Positions 45,488 to 54,542 of a stretch of DNA of 63,889 nucleotides are shown piece by piece (positions within the stretch are counted from its first letter, which is position 1; each line of letters begins with the position of its first letter). This stretch comes from Candidatus Atribacteria bacterium UBA6794 (GTDB lineage Bacteria; Atribacterota; Phoenicimicrobiia; Phoenicimicrobiales; Stramentimicrobiaceae): the NCBI GenBank assembly GCA_002452835.1, contig DKFO01000081.1:1-63889 (forward strand), read 5' to 3'. The notes beneath the pieces were generated by a model that saw only the letters and a list, made by a program, of their open reading frames with translations, made no database searches and was not told the DNA's origin. The position numbers and the translations under genes were made by a program.

Positions 45488-47173
45488 ATGAATAATCATA
45501 CCATTAGGGTGGCCTGTCTCCAGTTAGAGGCGAGACCATTTTCAGAACAGGCTAAAAATAAAGAAAATATATTACAGTTCATGAAACAGGCCGCTCTGTC
45601 TAAACCTGATTTGATAGTACTACCTGAATGCATCTACCCCTGTTATTTTTTATCTCCCAGAATCGTCCCTGGTTATAGTGAGCTGGCCAATCTGATTGAG
45701 CAATTCTTAAAAGAAGTCCAGGATTTTGCCCGAAAATACCAAACTTTCCTTGCCCTGGGTCTACCTGAATATAACCAGGAAAAAAATGAGCTTTACAATT
45801 CCGCACTACTAATTGATGACGAAGGACAAAAGGTGGGACGGGTAAGAAAATCATTTTTATGGCATTTTGATCATAACTGGTTTCAAAGTGATCATCACTA
45901 TCCCGTTTTTGATACCAAAATTGGTAAAATCGGTTTATTTATCTGTGCTGATGGCCGCCTGCCCGAAATCATCCGCTGTCTCTCCCTACAGGGTGCCGAA
46001 ATTTTATTAGACCTTACCAATTGGGTCACCAGTGGTCTGGAGAGAAAAGCCTGGTCTAATCCCCAGGCAAATTACATGATACCTACCAGAGCCCTGGAAA
46101 ATAGAATATGTATTGTGGCAGCAAACAAAATTGGTTTTGAAGAAAAATCAATTCAATATTGTGGGAAAAGTGCCTTCTTCTCACCAGAGGGAAAGACAGT
46201 AATGATGGCTTCTCCTGACCAGGAAGAAATTTTAGTTCAAGAAATTGACCTTTCTCAATCCCATCAGAAAAATATTGCCGGGGTTATTGATGTTTTTCAA
46301 AGTAGAAAACCGGAACAATATCATTATCTTACCTTACCTACCCACCAGTTACCCATTTGGCAAAAGAGCAAGGAAAAAACGAATATTATTGAGGAAAATC
46401 CTTTTGCCGCAGTTATCCAAATCGGAGAACCGCCAGACCAAGACCTTTCTGCCTATCTTTCCAAAATTGAGTATTTTTTCCATACCTTAGCAGAACAAGA
46501 GGTACATATTTTTTCTTTTTCTCAAATTAATAATTTTAACGCTCAACAAAGTGCGAAAATACTGGACTTCCTAAAAGACTTGACCAAGAACTATCCTTCA
46601 CTCTGCTCTATAGTATTGAGTGAAGAAGAAAATTCCCGGAGGTATAAAACTATCTTTCTGGTCCAATCAGGAAAAATAATAGGAAAATATAGAAAAACAC
46701 ATCTGGAATTCTCAGAAAAAGATAAAATTACTCCTGGCGAAAATTATTTTGAAGTCTTTAAGACCCAATTTGGAGTAATCGGAATGATGCTTGATTATGA
46801 AGGTTTTTTCCCGGAAATTGCGCGCATCTTAACCTTAAAAGGTGCCGAAATAATCATCTGGCCAGCTCAATTTAGTCATGATGAACATCTCAAAATCGCT
46901 CAGACCAGAAGTGCAGAAAACAAAATCTTTATCATCTGTCCTAATTCTATTCAGCAACAAGGTAATGGTCATAGTATTATTACCTCTCCAGCCGGGCAAA
47001 TTATTACTGGCTGTCTGGAAAATCTAGAAATAGCAAGTATAGCCTCAATTTCTCCAAGCTTAGCAAGAGATAAAATTATCGTCCCTCATACCCATGCCAT
47101 TTTAGGACGCCAACCCGCATCTTATAACTTATTAACCTCTCCTCTCCCCCCTCTTTCAAAGGGAGAAGGTTAG
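45488..47173 (+). CDS. Tandem carbon-nitrogen hydrolase (nitrilase-superfamily) domain protein
   Basis: Domain 1 has Glu (LIVLPEC), Lys (RVRKSFLW) and Cys (LFICADG). Domain 2 keeps the Lys (KYRKTHLE) but has DYE where the Cys is expected. The last ~11 codons lie in a family A repeat. Confidence 0.7.
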   Translation: MNNHTIRVACLQLEARPFSEQAKNKENILQFMKQAALSKPDLIVLPECIYPCYFLSPRIVPGYSELANLIEQFLKEVQDFARKYQTFLALGLPEYNQEKNELYNSALLIDDEGQKVGRVRKSFLWHFDHNWFQSDHHYPVFDTKIGKIGLFICADGRLPEIIRCLSLQGAEILLDLTNWVTSGLERKAWSNPQANYMIPTRALENRICIVAANKIGFEEKSIQYCGKSAFFSPEGKTVMMASPDQEEILVQEIDLSQSHQKNIAGVIDVFQSRKPEQYHYLTLPTHQLPIWQKSKEKTNIIEENPFAAVIQIGEPPDQDLSAYLSKIEYFFHTLAEQEVHIFSFSQINNFNAQQSAKILDFLKDLTKNYPSLCSIVLSEEENSRRYKTIFLVQSGKIIGKYRKTHLEFSEKDKITPGENYFEVFKTQFGVIGMMLDYEGFFPEIARILTLKGAEIIIWPAQFSHDEHLKIAQTRSAENKIFIICPNSIQQQGNGHSIITSPAGQIITGCLENLEIASIASISPSLARDKIIVPHTHAILGRQPASYNLLTSPLPPLSKGEG

Positions 47174-47201
47174 AATCAGATAGTAACAGTAAGAAAATTT
47201 A

Positions 47202-48119
47202 GTGAGGGTACTATTTTTGAAAGTAGAATTAATTATTAATCATACTGCTGGTGGTGGAAAACCACAAAAAATAATTTCTGAAATTCTCAGTTACTTTGAT
47301 ACCATGAACCTGAAATACCATCTCAGCTGGACTCCCTCTCCGGGAGGAGCAACTACCTTAGCCCGGCAAGCTGCAGAACAGGGGGCAGACCTGATCGTCT
47401 CAGTTGGTGGTGATGGTACCATCAATGAAATTATCAATGGGATTATTCCAACACAAAATCAGCCAGCTTTAGGCATAATTCCTGCCGGATGGGCTAATGA
47501 TTTTATCAAAAGCACCTCTATACCTAAAGATATTTTTCAGGCCTGTCAGATTATTCCTAAGCAGAAAACAAAAATGATTGATATAGGACTAATTAATGAG
47601 CAAATGTATTTCGCCAATGTGTGTGGTATTGGTTTTGATGCTGAGATTGCTGCTCGAGCCAATCAGATGAAAATAAATCATCCTGACTGGAAAACATTAA
47701 GTGCTTATGTTTATGTCTTTGCCACTATCCAAAAGCTGCTTTCCCCTCTATCTTCTTTTCAGGCTAAAATAACTATTGATAGACAGGTATTAGAAGGCGA
47801 GATGTTATTTATAGCAATTGCCAATGGCAGAGTGGAAGGTGGTAAATTTAACATTACTCCTGATGCTGAAATTGATGATGGCTTACTGGATATCTGTGTT
47901 GTTGGTAAAATGAATAGGTTTCGCTCTCTGTATCTTTTACCAAAGGCCATAAAAGGAACGCATCGTGAGGTAGCAGAAGTCAGCTTCTTTAAAGGAAAAG
48001 AAATAAGGGTAGAGGCTGATAGAGAGGTAACTGCTCAGGTTGCCGGTGAAATAATACCAGCCCAAAATAACTATCACATTAAAATCTTACCTAAAAAGCT
48101 TAATTTAATTGTATCCTGA
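47202..48119 (+). CDS. Diacylglycerol/lipid kinase family protein (YegS/BmrU type)
   Basis: IINHTAGGGK and VSVGGDGTINEIINGI motifs. The start codon is uncertain (GTG 47202 or TTG 47217). Confidence 0.8.
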   Translation: MRVLFLKVELIINHTAGGGKPQKIISEILSYFDTMNLKYHLSWTPSPGGATTLARQAAEQGADLIVSVGGDGTINEIINGIIPTQNQPALGIIPAGWANDFIKSTSIPKDIFQACQIIPKQKTKMIDIGLINEQMYFANVCGIGFDAEIAARANQMKINHPDWKTLSAYVYVFATIQKLLSPLSSFQAKITIDRQVLEGEMLFIAIANGRVEGGKFNITPDAEIDDGLLDICVVGKMNRFRSLYLLPKAIKGTHREVAEVSFFKGKEIRVEADREVTAQVAGEIIPAQNNYHIKILPKKLNLIVS

Positions 48120-48153
48120 AGAAATTATTTGCTCAGTATCACTAGCTACCCTG

Positions 48154-49104
48154 TTAAACAATTCTCAGAGCAAAGAGAGGGCAATGAGGTACACAATAAC
48201 CACAGGTAAGACATTGGTTATAATCTACAAAAGCCTTCCCATCCTTCAAGGATAGGGCTTGATTAGGACAAGCCTGGACACAGGTGCCGCATCCTTCACA
48301 GAAACCAGAAATAAAAAGCTTCTTTCTTTGAAATCCTTCTTTAGCTAATTCTTTTTGATTAATCTTTTTATTCTCAAATAATTTGAGATTTATTTCTAAC
48401 TCTCGAAGATGGATCATGCCTACCGCAATGGATTCGATTTCCTTTATGTTTCTGACAAAATCGATTGCCTTTTCTATCTGTCTGATTAGATAGCCACCGG
48501 CCAGTGCCTTCATGGCATATATGCCCTTACCGGCATCATGAACTTTCTTAATAGCCTGAATCATTTCCTCTGGTGTCCCCCCGATAATACCTAATCCAAT
48601 CTGATTGATAAGTGGAAAAACAATGTCGATTTCTTTTATTTCAGCGGATTTTTCCACCACCTCTACAGCATGGGTAGAAACTCCTACAGCCCTTATTATT
48701 CCTTCTTTCTTTAAGTCCACCAGGCAAGAAAGAGCCCCTGCTCTTTTCTGAAAAACATTCTTATCTTCTCGCGCTGCATGGATGTGAAAAATATCAATAT
48801 AATCACGGTTCAATTCTCGGCAGGCTTCCAAGACTGCCTCTTTCATTTCTTGATAACCAGTGGCATGTGATTTACTGGCTATAATCACTTCTTTTGGAAA
48901 ATCAACAAGGGCTTCTCTAATATGAGGGTAGGTTTGATAAGCCTGAGCAGTATCCAGAAAGTTAATCCCGGCAGATAATCCTTCCCGAATAACCTTGGCT
49001 CCTTCTTCAGAAGAGATATTAGCCTGCAGCGGTCCCATAGGCAAAACACCAAAACATAATTCACTTACTTTTATTCCCGAATTTCCCAGTGTATTATATT
49101 TCAT
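48154..49104 (-). CDS. Aldo/keto reductase fused to a 2x[4Fe-4S] ferredoxin domain
   Basis: AKR N-terminal pattern (LGNSGIKVSELCFG, FLDTAQAY) plus CEGCGTCVQACP and CLTCGYCVPHCP. Confidence 0.8.
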   Translation of the reverse strand: MKYNTLGNSGIKVSELCFGVLPMGPLQANISSEEGAKVIREGLSAGINFLDTAQAYQTYPHIREALVDFPKEVIIASKSHATGYQEMKEAVLEACRELNRDYIDIFHIHAAREDKNVFQKRAGALSCLVDLKKEGIIRAVGVSTHAVEVVEKSAEIKEIDIVFPLINQIGLGIIGGTPEEMIQAIKKVHDAGKGIYAMKALAGGYLIRQIEKAIDFVRNIKEIESIAVGMIHLRELEINLKLFENKKINQKELAKEGFQRKKLFISGFCEGCGTCVQACPNQALSLKDGKAFVDYNQCLTCGYCVPHCPLFALRIV

Positions 49105-49414
49105 CTTTTTCTTCCATCTTCCCCTTCCTGAATTTTTCCAATCTATCCATATAATATCATAACATACATCATAATATACATTTAATTATTTATATTTTAT
49201 ATGAAGATTTTCTATCTTACTAAAATTTACACTAACAAATTTTACCTTAACTAATCATTGTGGTGCAGATAAAGAAAACTAATTTTTCCAAAAAAATTCT
49301 TATTTTTTGAAAGAAATTAACTTTATTTTGCGTATAAGTTGGTAGGCTGGGAGATAAATACTCCCATAAATCAAATAAAAGAAAAGACTAACAAAGAAGG
49401 GAGGTGAAAAGATT

Positions 49415-49918
49415 GTGAAGACAAAAAAGATTGCCTTATTAGTGTTTGTGGTAGCTATCGCTTTCTTGTTTTTGAGTATTGCTTCCTTTGCTGAGGCACG
49501 TAACCAGGGGGGTTTTACTGCTAAATGCGGTGCTCCGTGTGGTTGCCTAAACCGGGAAGGTTACCCTGCTGGTAGGTATTCTGGTTATCCTGATTGGGAA
49601 AATAAAGGCGGGAGAATGATTAATTTAGATCTTTCTGAAGAACAGATTACTGAAATCAAGCAGATTAGATTGGAGTTTCAAAAGGCTTCTTTAGAATTAA
49701 AAAAGGAAATGGAAACAAAAAGGCTGGAAGTTAGAGAATTGATGATGGAAGACCCCCTTGATATGGCGAAGATTAGAGCAAAATGGGAAGAAATTGCTCA
49801 ACTACAGGTAGAATTAAAAGTAATGGCACTAGAAAATCAACAGAAAGTAAAAGAAGTACTAACACCTGAACAACTGGCAAAATGTCCTATGGGTTTCCCC
49901 AGATTAAGATTCAGGTAA
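49415..49918 (+). CDS. Periplasmic Spy/CpxP/ZraP-like (LTxxQ) protein
   Basis: Signal peptide plus LSEEQITEIKQIR and LTPEQLAK repeats. Confidence 0.6.
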   Translation: MKTKKIALLVFVVAIAFLFLSIASFAEARNQGGFTAKCGAPCGCLNREGYPAGRYSGYPDWENKGGRMINLDLSEEQITEIKQIRLEFQKASLELKKEMETKRLEVRELMMEDPLDMAKIRAKWEEIAQLQVELKVMALENQQKVKEVLTPEQLAKCPMGFPRLRFR

Positions 49919-49938
49919 GAAATTAGAGAACCCTGGTA

Positions 49939-49975
49939 CCCTCTCCCTCAAAGGGAGAGGGGTAGGGTGAGGGTG
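49939..49975. repeat. Family A palindromic element between convergent genes
   Basis: CCCTCTCCCTCAAAGGGAGAGGGGTAGGGTGAGGGTG. 9-bp GC-rich stem with no flanking U-tract. Confidence 0.8.
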
Positions 49976-49985
49976 TCAGAATATA

Positions 49986-50657
49986 TTATCTTTGATTTAT
50001 CCGTTCCAGGTAGGTGCAATAGGCAGAACCTGTCTCAGTTATAATAATTTCATCTTCCTGTTTCCTAATAAATCTAAGAAATTTTAACACCTCCAAAATA
50101 GCTTCCGCCTCTTTTTCATCAATAGCCATCTCGGTAGTCATTTCCTGAAACATATTTTCTGTTACATAATGTCTTTCATAAATCTCATATAAAACATCTT
50201 TACTATGCGGAACTAAAAGATAATCAGCCGACAGAAATAGCCACTTAACTTTTTCCTTTTTCTCTTTTTTATATAGCTCAATAGTCTTACTAATTTCTTC
50301 TTCCCTTAATTTTTGCTCCTGCTTTTCAATGTTTACCTGATCCATCCAGGCCATAACAGTGCCAGCAATTAATTCCTGAAATTTCTGGTCATCTTTAAAT
50401 AGCTCTGGAATATTACGATGTTTTTGTAATGGTCCAGTACTTCCTAAAAAATCGCTTTTTATATTCCGATCTAAAAAATGGTAAATATCTTCCTGAAACA
50501 AAAAAATGGCACAAAATAGACAGACAAAGAATAGGGCTATCCAGGAATTGGTTAATGCTACCCAGCCTCCCTCAAGAGGCCACCAAATCATAATCAAAAG
50601 CAGAGTAACCAAACATAAAATACCATAAGGTAAGATATTCAATACAATTTTTCGCAT
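49986..50657 (-). CDS. Hypothetical membrane protein
   Basis: Two N-terminal hydrophobic helices and a charged helical remainder. No motif. Confidence 0.45.
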   Translation of the reverse strand: MRKIVLNILPYGILCLVTLLLIMIWWPLEGGWVALTNSWIALFFVCLFCAIFLFQEDIYHFLDRNIKSDFLGSTGPLQKHRNIPELFKDDQKFQELIAGTVMAWMDQVNIEKQEQKLREEEISKTIELYKKEKKEKVKWLFLSADYLLVPHSKDVLYEIYERHYVTENMFQEMTTEMAIDEKEAEAILEVLKFLRFIRKQEDEIIITETGSAYCTYLERINQR

Positions 50658-50690
50658 GAGATTTCTTTCGCATTTATTAATTATTTATTA

Positions 50691-51215
50691 TTATAGTTCC
50701 TCTAATACTTTCAGTATAGCAGGCAGATATGCTGGTAAATCATTAGGTGTGCGTGAGGTAACCAGGTGATGGTCTACTACTACCTCCTGGTCCAGGTAAT
50801 TAGCTCCTGCATTTATCAAATCATCTTTAATAGCAAAAAAGCAGGTGGCATCCTTTTCATTCAATATTCCTGCGGAAATAGGAACCCAGGCTGCATGGCA
50901 AATAGCTGCTACCAAACCATCTTTTTCAAATATTTTACGGACAAAACCAAGTATCTTTGGATAACGTCGCAGATGATCAGGAGCATAACCACCTGGAATA
51001 ACTACTCCCACAAAATCATCCGCTCTCACTTCTTCAATGGAGAAATCAGCTGCTACCGGATATTGATGCTTACTGTAATAAGTCTTCTTCTCGGGTCCTA
51101 CAACCTTGACCTCATAACCTGCCTCTTTAAGCCGATAATAAGGATACCATAATTCCTGGTCTTCATATAAATTTTCAACCAGTATGGCTACTTTCTTATT
51201 CTTAGCATTTTCCAT
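50691..51215 (-). CDS. DJ-1/PfpI-family protein
   Basis: Nucleophile elbow AAICHAAW and IPGGYAPD. Confidence 0.85.
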   Translation of the reverse strand: MENAKNKKVAILVENLYEDQELWYPYYRLKEAGYEVKVVGPEKKTYYSKHQYPVAADFSIEEVRADDFVGVVIPGGYAPDHLRRYPKILGFVRKIFEKDGLVAAICHAAWVPISAGILNEKDATCFFAIKDDLINAGANYLDQEVVVDHHLVTSRTPNDLPAYLPAILKVLEEL

Positions 51216-51506
51216 CTCTTTTCGCCTCCCCTTTACATTCTTAATGTATATTTTTTATATTATTTATTATTTTATATTAATGATATTACCACAAATTAAA
51301 GTCAATAAAAAGAAATTCCCTTTCACTTTTTTATATAAAAAATCACTAGTTAAAAATTTCAAACATTGATTGAATGGTAACCATTATAAATTCAGGAATA
51401 TTATATCGAAAATAACATAAACAATGGCTATTACAAGTAGGATAAAAAAGTCTTTACTGGTAAAATATATTAAAATTATTAATAAAAAGCTATCTAATTA
51501 TCTATC

Positions 51507-52046
51507 TTAATTGATAGTTTTGATTTTTTTATCAATCTCGTCATAAAGTTCTAACCCAGCCTGCTCAAAAACCCTTAGTAAATCCTCATAAGTATTTTCA
51601 CCGCCCAGTAGATTCCAAAATTCAGAGCCCACTAATACTTCCTGGGATAAATCGAATAATCCTTGCAGGGTCCAGCGTTCATATGGCTTTGGTTCATAAG
51701 GGTTGTAAGGAATAGCAACTATGGTTTTGATATTCGCTTCTGGTTTGATACTACCCCGCATGGCAATCCAATCGAGTAATTGCTTTTTTATACCGATAAA
51801 TTCATTGATGTTTGGTTTATTTGCCTTCGGTTCAGCAATCATTTTACCAATTTGCTCAAAAATTGAAGTACCTAGCATAGTATTTACTGACTGGATAAAA
51901 GAAAACAGCGCCATTCTATCTTTGCCAAGTAAGCGAAAATGAAAAGGCATTGATTTGGTTTCCGGAGTATAATTTGTTAACTTATTACGAATTTTTTCTA
52001 CCAGATAATCTTTTATTTGTTTGCTTTGAATTGTGCTAAGTGCCAT
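51507..52046 (-). CDS. TdeIII-like type II restriction endonuclease, apparently shortened (179 aa)
   Basis: SMPFHFRLLGKDRMALFSFIQSVNTMLGTSIFEQ and IPYNPYEPKPYERW..GSEFWNLLGG match my memory of the RE_TdeIII family. The central region expected to carry the catalytic residues seems absent. Confidence 0.5.
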   Translation of the reverse strand: MALSTIQSKQIKDYLVEKIRNKLTNYTPETKSMPFHFRLLGKDRMALFSFIQSVNTMLGTSIFEQIGKMIAEPKANKPNINEFIGIKKQLLDWIAMRGSIKPEANIKTIVAIPYNPYEPKPYERWTLQGLFDLSQEVLVGSEFWNLLGGENTYEDLLRVFEQAGLELYDEIDKKIKTIN

Positions 52047-52047
52047 A

Positions 52048-53637
52048 TTATCTTCCGTTTTTCAAATGGAAAATTATCTCAGAATAGGGTGATTTATCCC
52101 TTTCCGTTCTATTTAACACGGGACGTTTAAACTGATTTATAATTTTCATACCAGCTCGCTGAGCTATTGCTGGATAAAGATTATACTTATCATTGGCTAC
52201 TAAAAATACATTAAAATCATTTACTAAACATCTTTTACAGTTTAACAGTACCCTGGAAATCCCTTCTACATAAGAAGCTCGTGCTTCTGTTCCTTTCCCT
52301 TTATAAAGGGGGCCTATCTCAAGTTCGTCTTTACGTTTAAAACCAAAAAGATCATAAGCATAAGCATGTTGTTCGTGGTAATCAATTTGCCCCACATATG
52401 GCGGTGAAGTAAAGATACCCTTGATTTTATTTTTTGATAATAGCTCAAAAAATTTTTTATTTCGTTTTTCAACTTCTTTAAAAATATCCACTGTGCGGGA
52501 ATCAGCTGAAATAATTGTATAGTAGGAATTAGTTTTTAATTTAGAAAATGCCTTTAATCGGTAAATTGTATCAGTTGCATAGCGATTAAACCAATTTTTT
52601 ATGGAAAAAATAGGCTTGCAAATTTTTTTATGTTTCCAACAATAGTAAGTAGTTACTTGTGGTTCTTTTAAGGTAGCTAAATCCGAATGTGTTGTTGCAC
52701 GGCAAGACCTGATTGTTCGGCTTAGAATTATTGCCAAAATCTTTTTATTTCTTACATCTTGAACTTTTTTGATTTGCTCAAAAGCAAAATCAATTTCTTT
52801 CCTAACATTTTTGATATACCACTTATCCAAAAAATTCTGAGCAGAAAAATGGTTAAGTTCAATGCCATATTTCCTGATAAGTTCATTGTAAATATTTAAA
52901 AATTCCCTTTCCTTTTCAACACCGTATTTCTCTTCATCTATTTGTTTAGTATATACTTTATGCTTGAATTCGGGACTAGGAAAATATTTATTATTAAATT
53001 CAGCTAAACGAAGACCCAATTCGTATTCAAAATCTATCATATTGTGATTAGTTTCAAACCCGGTAATTGCTTTTTGTATTTTTTTAATTTCCTCTTCTAA
53101 AGAAGTAAAATCATAATTAAGGAGTTTTGTTTCCGCAATAAGGCAATTGAAACGAGAAACATCAATACCAATTGAGTGTATACTCATTTCATGAGCCTGT
53201 ACTAACGTAGTTCCCGAACCTGCAAAAGGATCAAGAATAATATCACCGGGTTTAAAATAAACATCTTTTTTAAAATCATCTGTATGGTCATCAATAAAAT
53301 ACTGAACTAGTTGAGGGATAAACTTTCCTTTATAGGGATGTAAGCGGTGCACATGTTTTGTGGTATCTTTTTCTCGCAGGTGATCAAAAGACAAAGTCCA
53401 ATTTAAATCATTACCTAGTTGTTTTTTCCAATTTATCTCCCGCCAACCCCGATAAGATTGGTAATAATTTTTTAAATCATCTACATCTATAAGTACCGAA
53501 TTTCTATTATTATACTTTCTTACTTTTCCATATTGAACTAAATAGGAAATATTTGATTCACTAATATCCCTTTTCAGAAAATCACTTACCCATCTACTTG
53601 CTTCTTTAATGGTAAGTAAAGTCTTTGTTGGTTGCAT
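52048..53637 (-). CDS. DNA methyltransferase (N4-cytosine or N6-adenine), motif I before motif IV
   Basis: HRLHPYKGKFIPQL..ILDPFAGSGTTLVQA (AdoMet motif I) at about aa 135. GIFTSPPYVGQIDY (motif IV) at about aa 410. Its stop lies 1 nt before the endonuclease gene start (52046). Confidence 0.8.
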   Translation of the reverse strand: MQPTKTLLTIKEASRWVSDFLKRDISESNISYLVQYGKVRKYNNRNSVLIDVDDLKNYYQSYRGWREINWKKQLGNDLNWTLSFDHLREKDTTKHVHRLHPYKGKFIPQLVQYFIDDHTDDFKKDVYFKPGDIILDPFAGSGTTLVQAHEMSIHSIGIDVSRFNCLIAETKLLNYDFTSLEEEIKKIQKAITGFETNHNMIDFEYELGLRLAEFNNKYFPSPEFKHKVYTKQIDEEKYGVEKEREFLNIYNELIRKYGIELNHFSAQNFLDKWYIKNVRKEIDFAFEQIKKVQDVRNKKILAIILSRTIRSCRATTHSDLATLKEPQVTTYYCWKHKKICKPIFSIKNWFNRYATDTIYRLKAFSKLKTNSYYTIISADSRTVDIFKEVEKRNKKFFELLSKNKIKGIFTSPPYVGQIDYHEQHAYAYDLFGFKRKDELEIGPLYKGKGTEARASYVEGISRVLLNCKRCLVNDFNVFLVANDKYNLYPAIAQRAGMKIINQFKRPVLNRTERDKSPYSEIIFHLKNGR

Positions 53638-53847
53638 ATTATTCCATCAAACCCTCGATCAATATCTTATTAAGTTCTGGGAAAATTTTAATTATAACTA
53701 GAAGAACACAATTTTCTTTATCTATAAATTATGATAACAAATTAGCCTAAATCAAGCAATAAAAATTCGTTGTATTATATAGAATTATTCACTAACTTAT
53801 TTATGTCTAAAGTAGTGAGATTAAGAAGCAACTTAATGTAGATTGGA

Positions 53848-53925
<78 letters not shown>

Positions 53926-53947
53926 CATAGCTATACCATAAATTATA

Positions 53948-54487
53948 TCATAGCTCACTCACAGTAACTACTATTTTTAGCCTGACCGCTATAAAAGCGG
54001 CGGCAATCACTTTCAACAAATCCCCAGCTAAAAAGGGAATCACCCCTACTATAATAGCTTCTTTTACTCCTATTTTGGTAATAATTATTAGCTGTACTAC
54101 TCCAAAAAGATATATTAGGAAAGCACCCAGTAATCCTATGGTGAAATAAGGAAATATTTTGGCTTCTCTTAAGTTTTCAGTGAGTTTACCGATAATATAA
54201 GCAGAAATAATAAAGCCTATTAAAAAACCACCAGTTGGTCCGAATAAGACTCCCATACCACCTCTAAAACCCGAAAAAACTGGTAAACCAACTGCTCCCA
54301 GTAATACATAGATTAGCTGACTTAAAGCGCCGAGTTTACTGCCTAAAACCATTCCCGCTAGGAAAGTAAATAGGTTCTGCAGACTTATGGGAACTAAGCC
54401 AATGGGAATAGAAATAAAAGCGCCAATTGCAGTCAGAGCGGCAAATAAAGAAATTAAAATCATCTGGTAAATAGTTATCTTTTCCAT
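53948..54487 (-). CDS. bioY: Biotin transporter BioY
   Basis: 179 aa, 6 hydrophobic segments, IPISLQNLFTFLAGMVLG pattern. Close to birA. Confidence 0.85.
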   Translation of the reverse strand: MEKITIYQMILISLFAALTAIGAFISIPIGLVPISLQNLFTFLAGMVLGSKLGALSQLIYVLLGAVGLPVFSGFRGGMGVLFGPTGGFLIGFIISAYIIGKLTENLREAKIFPYFTIGLLGAFLIYLFGVVQLIIITKIGVKEAIIVGVIPFLAGDLLKVIAAAFIAVRLKIVVTVSEL

Positions 54488-54542
54488 TATTAAAACCTTA
54501 GCTGAATAGCTTAACCTGATTCATAATAATACCATTCATCAT

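Noticed and set aside
49939-49975. Family A palindromes as canonical Rho-independent terminators
   Set aside because: The stems are GC-rich and sit at gene ends, but none is followed by a U-tract on either strand. A terminator function is possible but not supported by the sequence alone.
54488-54542. BirA operator upstream of bioY
   Set aside because: I found only short direct similarities (AACCTTAGC / AGCTTAACC). There is no inverted repeat of the expected TGTnAACC-spacer-GGTTnACA type.
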